From Candidatus Pacearchaeota archaeon (GTDB lineage: Archaea; Nanobdellota; Nanobdellia; Pacearchaeales; GW2011-AR1): a stretch of DNA of 64,000 nucleotides. Within the stretch, counting starts at the first letter, position 1, and every line of letters starts with the position of its first letter. Under the pieces are notes generated by a model that saw only the letters and a list, made by a program, of their open reading frames with translations, ran no database searches and was not told the origin of the DNA. Location of the stretch: the NCBI GenBank assembly GCA_019659125.1, contig JAIFVX010000001.1:340135-404134 (forward strand), in the 5' to 3' direction. A program made the position numbers and the translations under genes. This document shows, one piece after another, positions 20,068 through 28,879 of this stretch.

Positions 20068-20667
20068 ATGTTTTGGGATAAAAAGGATGAAAGAAAGAGT
20101 TTGCCTGATCTTCCCCCGTTAAAGATTATGCAGCAGTCGGGAGTTGAGATCCGTCCTATTCCTAGCGAGGATGACGAGCCTGTAGAGAAGCATAACCTTC
20201 CATCATTTCCAGATTCTCCGATGCGCCAAGGGTTCTCCCAGGCTGCAATAAAAGACGCTGTTGATGCCGAGGCTGAGGAAGATTCATCTGATCAACGACA
20301 GTTCAAGACGGTAGAGATGGAAGAATGGAGTGCAAACCCTCCATCAACGTTCGAGCCTAAGCAAGAAGCGAGGGAAGAAAGGGAAGAGAGAGAAGAGCAG
20401 ATGGAGGAACCAGAACCGCTTCCAACATTCCAAAAGCCTACGCAAAGAAACCAGGATGTGTTCATTAAAATCGAGAAATTCCATTCTGCAAGAAGATCTT
20501 TAGAAGACACAAAAGAAAAGCTTAAGGCCATCGACGATCTTCTTAAGAAAATAAGGGAAATAAAGATGAGAGAGGAGCAGGAATTGGCTGGCTGGGAAAA
20601 GGAGCTATTGGGGATAAAGTCGAGAGTCCAGGATGTCAATCAAAATATCTTTGAGAAGTTAGAATGA
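20068..20667 (+). CDS. Hypothetical protein, acidic/Pro-rich N-half and coiled-coil C-terminus (start revised from 19861)
   Basis: ATG at 20068 lies about 25 nt after TATATAAA; the longer ORF overlaps tfe antisense. Confidence 0.7.
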   Translation: MFWDKKDERKSLPDLPPLKIMQQSGVEIRPIPSEDDEPVEKHNLPSFPDSPMRQGFSQAAIKDAVDAEAEEDSSDQRQFKTVEMEEWSANPPSTFEPKQEAREEREEREEQMEEPEPLPTFQKPTQRNQDVFIKIEKFHSARRSLEDTKEKLKAIDDLLKKIREIKMREEQELAGWEKELLGIKSRVQDVNQNIFEKLE

Positions 20668-20996
20668 GTTCTGAATATGTCCGCATTACCGTTGCTGAGA
20701 AGTTATATGGTCAGAAGCACCTTCTTCATTCACAGCTGAGTCTTCTTAATTCTGTAAAGCGAATGAGAGGTTATGAGAAGCTGAGAAAGGAAGAAAATCT
20801 CCTCAAGATAGAATTGAAGAAAACAGTCCTGGATGCATTGAACTCCCTTGAGATACTTGAGAAGATGCTTCCCAAAGGAAACTTCATTACTCATAAGCCT
20901 GCTATTCGATATGATATGATGCAAGACAAGGAAGTCATCACCATCGAAGAGGAATTGAACGCAATCAAGAAAAAGCTCACCTACCTTCAGGGATGA
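20664..20996 (+). CDS. Hypothetical coiled-coil protein
   Basis: ATGA overlap with the previous gene. Confidence 0.65.
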   Translation: MSSEYVRITVAEKLYGQKHLLHSQLSLLNSVKRMRGYEKLRKEENLLKIELKKTVLDALNSLEILEKMLPKGNFITHKPAIRYDMMQDKEVITIEEELNAIKKKLTYLQG

Positions 20997-21030
20997 TTAA
21001 TTTTAAATAGCGCTTTCCTCCTTTGTCTAT

Positions 21031-22797
21031 ATGAAATTCGAGAAACGGCAGGATCTCATACGGGCATATATCGACTTCTTCAAATCGAAAGGGCATAAGG
21101 AGATTCCATCCTCTTCATTGATACCTGAGCATGACCCCACAGTCCTCTTCACGACAGCAGGCATGCATCCTCTTGTTCCTTTCCTCCTTGGGCAGAAGCA
21201 TTCTCTTGGCAAACGATTAGTTGACGTGCAAAAATGCATAAGGACTCAGGATATAGAGGAAGTGGGAGATCCCGTTCATCACACCTTCTTCGAGATGCTT
21301 GGCAACTGGAGTCTTGGAGACTACTTCAAGAAAGAAGCTATAGAGTATAGCTTTGAATTCCTTACAAAAACATTGAAGCTTCCCTTAGATCGACTGGCTG
21401 TGAGCGTTTTCGCAGGAGATAAAGATGCTCCAAAAGATCAAGATTCAGCACAGACCTGGAAGAGATTAGGGATTCCAGAATCTCGCATTGCCTATCTTCC
21501 TAAGAAAAATAACTGGTGGGGACCTGCAGGAGAGACTGGTCCGTGTGGTCCAGATACTGAAATGTTTTACTGGTCGCCCAATAGTAAGAAGGCCCCTAAG
21601 AAGTTTGATCCTGACGACGACAATTGGGTAGAGATATGGAATGACGTCCTCATGCAGTATGAAAAGACGAGGGAGGAAAAGTACATTCCTCTCAAACAGC
21701 AGAATGTAGATACAGGCATGGGTGTTGAAAGGACTCTAGCAGTCCTCAATGGGCTTGAAGATAACTATCAAACATCCATCTTTTCTCCAGTCATCAAAGA
21801 AATAGAGAAAATCTCAAAAAATAAATATGAAGGCAACGAAAAAGCTATGCGAATCATCGCAGACCATGTGAGAGCTGCAACGTTCATTCTGGGAGATCAG
21901 CGGGGAATAAAGCCATCAAATGTTGGTCAAGGATATGTCTTACGAAGATTAATACGGCGAGCGATTAGGTATGGAAGAATATTAGGAATAGGAAACAATT
22001 TTACAAGTATCGTTGCAAAATCAATTCTTCCTATCTATCCAGACTATCAGGAACTGCATAGAAATCATTCCTTTATCAGCGAACAATTGGATGAGGAAGA
22101 AAATAAATTCAAAGAAACCCTTGAAAAAGGTCTTAAAAAGTTCAATGAGCTTGCAAAGGACAAGATTATTACGGGAAAAGAGGCTTTCCTTCTGTTCCAG
22201 AGCTTTGGATTCCCTATTGAGATGACACAAGAATTAGCTGACGAAAAGGAAATAAAAATTGATCTTGAGGAATACAATGAGGAATTCAAGAAACACCAAG
22301 ATTTAAGCCGGGAGACGTCAGCAGGGGTCTTCAAGTCCGGACTTGCAGATAATTCTGAAGCTACGAAAAAATTACATACCGCGACGCATCTTCTTAATGA
22401 AGCTTTGCGGAAAGTGCTTGATAAGAATATCCATCAGAAAGGCTCGAATATAACTCCAGAAAGACTTCGTTTTGACTTTAATTTCCCTAGGAAACTGACT
22501 GAAGAGGAGATAAAGAAAGTAGAAGACTGGGTCAATAAAAGAATCCAGGAAGCACTTCCCATATATAGGGAGGAAATTCCTCTTCAAGATGCTTTAAAAT
22601 CAGGAGCACAGGCAGAGTTCGGTGCAAAATATCCTGAATTAGTCTCGATCTATACGATTGGTGATAAGAACTGGGCAAGCAAGGAAATCTGCACAGGTCC
22701 ACATGTCTCAAACACACGAGAGCTCAAGCATTTCAAGATCATCAAGGAAGAATCAGTGGCTGCTGGGATTCGAAGAATAAAAGCTACTGTCGGTTAG
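21031..22797 (+). CDS. alaS: Alanyl-tRNA synthetase, short form without C-Ala domain
   Basis: DPTVLFTTAGM, HHTFFEMLGNWS, EIWNxV, DTGMGVER; editing motifs HTATH and CTGPH; ends at GIRRIKA. Confidence 0.95.
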   Translation: MKFEKRQDLIRAYIDFFKSKGHKEIPSSSLIPEHDPTVLFTTAGMHPLVPFLLGQKHSLGKRLVDVQKCIRTQDIEEVGDPVHHTFFEMLGNWSLGDYFKKEAIEYSFEFLTKTLKLPLDRLAVSVFAGDKDAPKDQDSAQTWKRLGIPESRIAYLPKKNNWWGPAGETGPCGPDTEMFYWSPNSKKAPKKFDPDDDNWVEIWNDVLMQYEKTREEKYIPLKQQNVDTGMGVERTLAVLNGLEDNYQTSIFSPVIKEIEKISKNKYEGNEKAMRIIADHVRAATFILGDQRGIKPSNVGQGYVLRRLIRRAIRYGRILGIGNNFTSIVAKSILPIYPDYQELHRNHSFISEQLDEEENKFKETLEKGLKKFNELAKDKIITGKEAFLLFQSFGFPIEMTQELADEKEIKIDLEEYNEEFKKHQDLSRETSAGVFKSGLADNSEATKKLHTATHLLNEALRKVLDKNIHQKGSNITPERLRFDFNFPRKLTEEEIKKVEDWVNKRIQEALPIYREEIPLQDALKSGAQAEFGAKYPELVSIYTIGDKNWASKEICTGPHVSNTRELKHFKIIKEESVAAGIRRIKATVG

Positions 22798-23111
22798 CCA
22801 ACCATTCTCATAATAGGAGAGACTTCTGATTCCGGTTCAGGCGATGATCCCGAAAGATCTTCAAGAAGTTTTTTCTCAGGTCGCATGTACCTTTCAATCT
22901 TTTCGGTATAATTGGAAAAGCGAACGTTTTGTCCATCATCTTGATGCACTATGTAATGATCAGTATGTTTGGAAGAAAGGATACCTTCAACGACACCTTT
23001 ATCAGAAGTGACTCGTACACGACGCCCATTATAGGTTTGGATAAGAGATGCTATCCGTTCAATACCTCTTCCTTCAAACTCAATGACCTCATAACCATCG
23101 CCCATAGACAA
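22794..23111 (-). CDS. Hypothetical protein (possible Sm/SH3-like barrel)
   Basis: RVRVxxxxGxVEGIL...YIV pattern; TTTAAAA about 27 nt upstream. Confidence 0.5.
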   Translation of the reverse strand: MSMGDGYEVIEFEGRGIERIASLIQTYNGRRVRVTSDKGVVEGILSSKHTDHYIVHQDDGQNVRFSNYTEKIERYMRPEKKLLEDLSGSSPEPESEVSPIMRMVG

Positions 23112-23182
23112 AAAAGTTAAACGCTCCTTTTAAAGATGTGTTACCACTAGATAGAACCCGAGCGCAAGGCCTTGCACAAAAA

Positions 23183-24193
23183 CTAGTTCTCTTTATGTGC
23201 AACGTAATTTTTGTCACAAAAATCAAAATCAATTTTAATGCCTGATTCGAAGATTTCCTGAACCAGACAACAGATATTATGCACGAGGCACTTCAAAAGA
23301 ACCTCATTCTTCTGTCCTTGAATGTTTCTGCAACGCAAGAACTCACCAAGACGTGTCTTAATCATCGCAAAGGTGCTTTCCACATTGCTTCTCCTATGGT
23401 AGAACCTATCGAACTCTGCCCGATTCTCATTGAAGTACTTATACATGTGATTCCAGAGAGGAGCATTCTTATTGCTATGTGCTGAATTGATCTTAAAGGG
23501 AATGAACGGTAGAAAATCCAAGGCTTGAGCAATCTGCAAGTTCTTTGTACTGAGATATGCCTTATCTGCCGAATAGCGTTTAACATTAAAGTTAGCTACG
23601 GTCTGTTGGACAAGTCTAGGGAATTCAGGAGAGTCACCTGAAAAGCCTTCAGTTACTTCAACAGATGTAATGACGTTCGTCTTTGTACCGATAGAGACAT
23701 GAGCCTTAACATAGTTCCTCCAGAGCTTCTCAGGATTCTCATGCTGACCGAATCGTATCTTCATCCAGCGTTCATACTGATAACAACCAAAACCACTACT
23801 ATCAACAGCGAAGTCTGTTTCTAGCTCCTTGAGAGGCATAGCTGAGATGGTAATGAACTTCTTGAGCAACTGTTCTACCACGTGGTCATTCATGAACACA
23901 AGGAGTGAATTGAAATGCGGAACCTTCTGAATGTAGCCTGCTTCCTGTGCATGTTTCATGTCAGAGCTGATCTTACGGGCAGAGAAGTTAGAATAGACCT
24001 TCAAACAGGCACAGAACAGCAAATCCTTCAATGGAATAGGCGGACGTCCAGTTATGTGGGGCTGAGGCTTGATAAGAGAGCACAGCTCATCTAACAGCAC
24101 ATAGAACATACGTTTCTCGCTACACTTGGCACGATTATATTTTGCCCAGGTGAACTCGCTAGCAAATTGATTGATATTTGTCTGATCATCCAT
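23183..24193 (-). CDS. DDE transposase (IS4/IS5 superfamily, DDE_Tnp_1-like)
   Basis: GRP near N-terminus; FAVDSSGF (D), ADKAY (D), YHRRSNVESTFAMIK (Y-R-E-K signature). Confidence 0.9.
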   Translation of the reverse strand: MDDQTNINQFASEFTWAKYNRAKCSEKRMFYVLLDELCSLIKPQPHITGRPPIPLKDLLFCACLKVYSNFSARKISSDMKHAQEAGYIQKVPHFNSLLVFMNDHVVEQLLKKFITISAMPLKELETDFAVDSSGFGCYQYERWMKIRFGQHENPEKLWRNYVKAHVSIGTKTNVITSVEVTEGFSGDSPEFPRLVQQTVANFNVKRYSADKAYLSTKNLQIAQALDFLPFIPFKINSAHSNKNAPLWNHMYKYFNENRAEFDRFYHRRSNVESTFAMIKTRLGEFLRCRNIQGQKNEVLLKCLVHNICCLVQEIFESGIKIDFDFCDKNYVAHKEN

Positions 24194-24195
24194 TA

Positions 24196-24212
24196 TATAC
24201 CAAATAGGTATA
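24196..24212. promoter_or_regulatory. Palindromic operator TATACC-N5-GGTATA, copy 1 (between TATA box and transposase ATG)
   Basis: TATACCaaataGGTATA, perfect 6-bp arms. Confidence 0.6.
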
Positions 24213-24242
24213 CAATAGTATTTAAGTATTATTGTGAAATGA

Positions 24243-24259
24243 TATACCTAATCGATATA
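24243..24259. promoter_or_regulatory. Palindromic operator, copy 2
   Basis: TATACCtaatcGaTATA, one mismatch. Confidence 0.5.
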
Positions 24260-24334
24260 CTATCTTTAAACATATCCTTTAATTATATATAATACTAGAT
24301 ATATATTTAAATAGTATGGAAATCTTTAATAAGA

Positions 24335-24523
24335 ATGGGTCAGAATAATAGCCCTGTGAAAAAAGAGGGGTTTGGTGAAAAAGCGTGGATCATAGGAAAC
24401 CGTTGTTATCGTTGTGAACATAAATGGGTTCCCAGAGATTTTAACGAACCACCAGAGATTTGCCCTTCATGTAAATCCCCCTATTGGAAAACGCCAAGAG
24501 TGCGAGGAGTTAAGAAAAAATGA
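24335..24523 (+). CDS. Small Zn-finger protein (CxxCxHxWxPR...CPxCKSPYW)
   Basis: Two CxxC pairs, basic tail; divergent from the transposase. Confidence 0.75.
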   Translation: MGQNNSPVKKEGFGEKAWIIGNRCYRCEHKWVPRDFNEPPEICPSCKSPYWKTPRVRGVKKK

Positions 24524-25152
24524 GTACTGAGATATGGTTAGAAGTTGGACAATGGACTGTTCCTCCAATATTATCAGCTATCATCGAATATAAGTTCGGT
24601 ATAATTGGGAAGATCAAAAAAGCATGGTATTGGGTGCTGAATAAGAATGCAGGATTTGAGATTGGGCTTAGTTTGAGTAAAACCAATGAATTCGAAAAGA
24701 TAAAAACGAAACTAATTGAGGAGGCACGACGAAGGTTTGGTTCTGCTCCACAAAAGAAAAATAACGCTACGAAATTAGAGTTGCAAACCGACACTTACCT
24801 GACCACGCTTAACTATCTTCAAAATAAGGAGATATATATTTCAACAACAAAAGTAGAGGCAGGAATTAGAGACTTAAAGTCTAAAGCAAGCACATTTTTA
24901 GGAATGGTGAACAAGCTTAAGAAAGATACAGGACTCCATTCTACAGAAGCCTCTCTAAAAATATTCATGCCTTTCAAATGGACATACGTCAATATAAGAA
25001 CTCCTAGGAATTTGAAGCTCACTGATTATGACATCAAATTTAATGACTCACAATTTAACTCAGTCATTAACCTAAAGATGAACAACCTCTCTATCAATGG
25101 TGAAGAGAATTCCTTGAACTATGTTCTAGACTCATTTACGGGTATGTTCTAA
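24520..25152 (+). CDS. Uncharacterised island protein A (hydrophobic N-terminus)
   Basis: 210-aa ORF, ATGA-coupled to the Zn-finger gene. Confidence 0.7.
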   Translation: MSTEIWLEVGQWTVPPILSAIIEYKFGIIGKIKKAWYWVLNKNAGFEIGLSLSKTNEFEKIKTKLIEEARRRFGSAPQKKNNATKLELQTDTYLTTLNYLQNKEIYISTTKVEAGIRDLKSKASTFLGMVNKLKKDTGLHSTEASLKIFMPFKWTYVNIRTPRNLKLTDYDIKFNDSQFNSVINLKMNNLSINGEENSLNYVLDSFTGMF

Positions 25153-25170
25153 AATACATATCTTTTAATA

Positions 25171-25187
25171 TATGCCCTATTGGTATA
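25171..25187. promoter_or_regulatory. Palindromic operator, copy 3 (between TTTTAATA box and ATG at 25191)
   Basis: TATgCCctattGGTATA, one mismatch. Confidence 0.55.
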
Positions 25188-25190
25188 GGA

Positions 25191-25958
25191 ATGGGCGTAT
25201 CTTTGAATGTATTCAAGATCAAGTCATTTGATAAGGGAAAGGTAACGAGTAGAACAATCACAATACCTCAGCAACAGACGTGGGGAGATACCGGCTACTA
25301 TGATGAGATAGGTAGCCCAAAGTCTACCCTTACTAAAATTGAAGATACAAAAGATGTAGTTTCTTTTAAGGTAAAGCACCACTCAGAAACTATAAAACGT
25401 CCTGTCAGAGTATTTTGGGGAGATTTAGAAGATAACTCCACTGAAGCATCAAATGTAAAGAAGGTCTCAAGGGAAATCCCTGGAGGGTATCAAGAGATAT
25501 TCGACTTCGTAACTGCTCTGAATCTCAAAGATCAAGAAGCATACATATTTACTAAAAACCAAGTTGCTACAAGCCTACAGAAGAGACTGAGAAAATCAGG
25601 CATTGCCACACTCGAATCTATCAAAATTGATTTATCAAAGCTCGACGACTGCCAAGAAGTCAATAACATCTGGGGAATATGGGAAGATGGAGTTGGCAAA
25701 TGCAAGAAAAAAGCGTTGTTCGGAGCGGAAATTAGCAAAGACAACCAGCATAACAAGGAAAAAGCCACCAGTTACAACCTAGAATATGAGCTTGGAAAGG
25801 AAATCATTGACCTCACAATCTCTTCTTCAGGAGGGATAAGCAGCAAATCAAAAGAGATGACTAAAGATGACTTACTAACTATCTACCGAAAACTAAAGGA
25901 GATGGGAGCCGTGACGGAAGGATCCATAGTAGCAACTCCTGTAGTTGCTGAAGAGTAA
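25191..25958 (+). CDS. Uncharacterised island protein B
   Basis: 255-aa ORF with its own TATA box and operator. Confidence 0.7.
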   Translation: MGVSLNVFKIKSFDKGKVTSRTITIPQQQTWGDTGYYDEIGSPKSTLTKIEDTKDVVSFKVKHHSETIKRPVRVFWGDLEDNSTEASNVKKVSREIPGGYQEIFDFVTALNLKDQEAYIFTKNQVATSLQKRLRKSGIATLESIKIDLSKLDDCQEVNNIWGIWEDGVGKCKKKALFGAEISKDNQHNKEKATSYNLEYELGKEIIDLTISSSGGISSKSKEMTKDDLLTIYRKLKEMGAVTEGSIVATPVVAEE

Positions 25959-26034
25959 AATGAAAAACCGAATTGGTTATAGTCTTGTCAATCCTGAAAA
26001 AACAGTTTTAGAACTAGAACTTAAAGAGTAAAGA

Positions 26035-27300
26035 TTATTGTTTCAGTAAAAATTGTGTGCTAATCTGTTCAGTAGGAATATCTTTTTCAGTTGGTAAGTA
26101 TATCTGAACAGGTATTTTTAATCCTTTTAGATGTTTAACCATCATAGGACCTATTTGAGCCCATGATAAATTACCTAAACCGCAACCTAATGCAGGAAGA
26201 GCTATAGACTTAATTCCTAGTGACTCATAATTATCTTTAAACCATAGCAAACCTTTTTCAATTCCCACAGGATCAGAATCAAATCTCCAATGATTTTTTG
26301 TAGGAAAAAGCAAAAACCATGTTGGCTCTTTATTATCGATATAATCGACACTTAAGATATCATTTATCGATGATTCTCTTTTGTATAGTACTGGAACCCC
26401 CATCTTAAGCTCTCCTCTTTTACATATGTCTTGATAGTATACAAATACATCTGGAAACTGATATTTTGCTCTAGAAGCAAGCCCTTTACCCATTATTCCC
26501 ACCGTATTTACACTAATAGTCAGAGTTTGCATTTTAGAAAAGAACATATCTCCTTCAATGATTGAAATGTTTCCAATAATATTCTTAATTTCTCCTTGGA
26601 AAAACAAACTAGGCTCTTTAATGATACTCTCTTTGTTTACTTCATCCCCTAAAAGCGACTCTACTTTCTTTTTCACTTTGTCATTTGCTACATAAATAGA
26701 GGTAATGTATTCTGGAGGAATTTTCTGAGGGACTAAGGTTTCAGCCATTATTTTTCTCTTAGAATCACCGACAGCTGTCCACCAATCAGAGTCTATCTCT
26801 TCTTTTATAGATTCTAAAACTTCTTTCAGCTGAGATTTGGGGAAAATATCCGTACTGAAACTTGCTGCATTTCCATTAGTTATTTTAACTCCAGGTAAAC
26901 CAGTTACATTAGGCTTTAAACCCAACACCACTACATTTTCTACACCATAATTGGTGATTATATTCCATAACATTGGATTTCTAGCTTTAAAGTATAGATT
27001 TGCATAATCCCAAAGAGTCTTTTCTCCTTCGACCTTTTTTTGCCTCCTTAATTCCATTACGTCTGGATTTGAAATCATTTCTGGCTTTAATTTCAATCTT
27101 TCAACTTCATTATGAGAATATATCCCTCGAGTCAAGACTTCTTTCAAGTTTTTTACATGTACAATGTACTGAAGTTCTCTTAATCTCATGCCGGTTGTAG
27201 CATTTATAATTATATAAGGATATTGATTCCAATTAGCAATTCTTTGGGATGCTTTAATCATATCCTCATAATCTCCGTTTTCAATTAGTTTTTGTGACAT
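26035..27300 (-). CDS. darTG: DarT (DUF4433, DNA ADP-ribosyltransferase) - DarG macrodomain fusion
   Basis: DarT motifs YIVHVKNL, YANLYFKARNPML, TNGNAAS, KIMAETLVP (catalytic E); macro motifs EGDMF, VNTVGIMGKGLA, FPTKNHWR, SIALPALGCGLG. Confidence 0.88.
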   Translation of the reverse strand: MSQKLIENGDYEDMIKASQRIANWNQYPYIIINATTGMRLRELQYIVHVKNLKEVLTRGIYSHNEVERLKLKPEMISNPDVMELRRQKKVEGEKTLWDYANLYFKARNPMLWNIITNYGVENVVVLGLKPNVTGLPGVKITNGNAASFSTDIFPKSQLKEVLESIKEEIDSDWWTAVGDSKRKIMAETLVPQKIPPEYITSIYVANDKVKKKVESLLGDEVNKESIIKEPSLFFQGEIKNIIGNISIIEGDMFFSKMQTLTISVNTVGIMGKGLASRAKYQFPDVFVYYQDICKRGELKMGVPVLYKRESSINDILSVDYIDNKEPTWFLLFPTKNHWRFDSDPVGIEKGLLWFKDNYESLGIKSIALPALGCGLGNLSWAQIGPMMVKHLKGLKIPVQIYLPTEKDIPTEQISTQFLLKQ

Positions 27301-27374
27301 TCTCGTTCCCCTTATCTATACTCCACCACATACATCGCCCATTTTCCACCCTTTCTGTGCACGAACCTGGCGTT

Positions 27375-28157
27375 TTACCCTGCTATGCCAGTTATGATGC
27401 AAAGCCCGAGCGCAAGAGCCACTAATAATGCATAAAGTCCGAACCATCGCAAGTTCTTCCTTGAACTGCCGACTATTTTGAGCAAGATATGTATTGTTGC
27501 AAGGCCTACTATAAAAGAGACAAGTGTTGCCCACAAAAGATGGGGCGGCAACGTATTATTGCCAATCTCTAGAATGCCTGCTCCAAAAATGATGGGGATC
27601 GCCATAAGAAAGGAGAACCTAACGGCCTGCTTCTCATCCAATCCGAGCAACAACCCTGAAGCAATAGTCGTCCCACTCCTTGAGATGCCTGGAAGCAGCG
27701 CCAGTGTTTGTGAACATCCTATCAAGAAAGCTTGCTTAAATCCAGTCTGTTTCGTGCTCTTAAAATCAAGACTTGCAATGAAAAGCACGAGAGCTGTAAT
27801 AGCAAACCCCATGGCTGCAATAGCAAGATTATTGATGATGGATTCCACAAAATGCCTGAAGATATATCCTACAACGGCTGCGGGAATGGTTGCGACAATA
27901 AGAAGAAATCCCATTCTTGCCTTGCTGCTTTTCCACTTTCCCTTCAAGATATCCTCAATGATGTCTACAATGTCCTTTCCGAAATAGACGAACACTGCCA
28001 TCAGAGTTCCAAAATGAAGGGCAACATCAAACTGGAGCGTGTTGGGATAGTCAAGAAGATAAGAAACAAGTACCAAATGCCCCTTGCTTGAGATAGGAAA
28101 CCACTCAGCAATGCCCTGGACAATTGCCAGGATAAACTCGGCAATAACGCTGTTCAT
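27375..28157 (-). CDS. uppP: Undecaprenyl-diphosphate phosphatase (BacA/UppP)
   Basis: QGIAEWFPISSxGH, LHFGT, PGISRSG motifs. Confidence 0.92.
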   Translation of the reverse strand: MNSVIAEFILAIVQGIAEWFPISSKGHLVLVSYLLDYPNTLQFDVALHFGTLMAVFVYFGKDIVDIIEDILKGKWKSSKARMGFLLIVATIPAAVVGYIFRHFVESIINNLAIAAMGFAITALVLFIASLDFKSTKQTGFKQAFLIGCSQTLALLPGISRSGTTIASGLLLGLDEKQAVRFSFLMAIPIIFGAGILEIGNNTLPPHLLWATLVSFIVGLATIHILLKIVGSSRKNLRWFGLYALLVALALGLCIITGIAG

Positions 28158-28188
28158 CTAATTCAGGAAAAAACCGTATTAATAAAGA

Positions 28189-28383
28189 TTAGTATGGTGC
28201 AAGAGTTAGAGTGCTTCCATCTTCATGGCCTTTCCCCTCAACAGGCTTCATCTGAAGGGTATCCTCAAAATATCGTGCAATGATAAAAATAGTCTCGAGG
28301 GTCTGCTGCACCTCTTCTTCCCTCGAGTCACCTCCCTTCCCCGTTGTCACCGTGATGATGATGTTCATCGACACACCCAGCAT
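28189..28383 (-). CDS. Possible small hypothetical protein
   Basis: 64-aa ORF filling the gap; no motif. Confidence 0.3.
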   Translation of the reverse strand: MLGVSMNIIITVTTGKGGDSREEEVQQTLETIFIIARYFEDTLQMKPVEGKGHEDGSTLTLAPY

Positions 28384-28470
28384 AACGCAAAGAACTGCTC
28401 TCCGTTTTCAGAAAAAATGCAGTCCATATCATAAATTAAATCAAAAATCGCTCCGCAATCCTGGCATTTA

Positions 28471-28710
28471 TCAGCCAGGAGACAGTGATGCATCATCACC
28501 TCCGATAAAATCCTCAACTAATTCATATTCCTGTTCATCATCAAACTCAAGAACATCATTAACCAAAGAAACATGCTGCTGACACTCTCCGCAGAGAAAT
28601 TCCTTAAAGCTTGGAATTTTTTCTGCCCTATTAAGGTGATATGACCACACATCAAATACGCTCCCGCATCCGATGCAGTGTTCTGGAATGACGCATTCAC
28701 TCTGTTTCAT
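28471..28710 (-). CDS. Small Zn-ribbon protein with acidic tail
   Basis: CIGCG...LCGEC; TTTAAATG about 25 nt upstream. Confidence 0.6.
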   Translation of the reverse strand: MKQSECVIPEHCIGCGSVFDVWSYHLNRAEKIPSFKEFLCGECQQHVSLVNDVLEFDDEQEYELVEDFIGGDDASLSPG

Positions 28711-28879
28711 GCCGAATAAAAGGATATTTCATTTAAATACTCATATCGCTAGAAGAAATATATATCTGTTTATAATCAAGCTTTTATACGAAACAACTAC
28801 GCAATGACAAAGAGCATTTTTCAGCCCGGAACAACTTGAAAGAGACAAATGAAGGGATTTTTCTTATTCATTCAAAAAA

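Larger units (their letters stand above)
23168..27366. mobile_element. Putative transposase-bounded cargo/defence island
   Basis: AT-rich block from the transposase to darTG; imperfect inverted ends GGCCTTGCACAAAAA (23168-23182) versus reverse complement of 27352-27366 (GTTCGTGCACAGAAA), 11/15 match; no target-site duplication seen. Confidence 0.45.

Noticed and set aside
23140-23170. tRNA fragment (minus strand GGGTTCTATCTAGTGGTAACAC resembles a D-arm)
   Set aside because: No acceptor pairing, anticodon arm or T-arm can be built; it abuts the promoter of the 105-aa gene
25960-26031. 23-aa ORF MKNRIGYSLVNPEKTVLELELKE after island protein B
   Set aside because: Too short to support without conservation or ribosome data, although its position right after the stop is noted
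27316-27534. 72-aa minus-strand ORF upstream of darTG
   Set aside because: Mostly an alternate frame of uppP and crosses the putative element end; no motif
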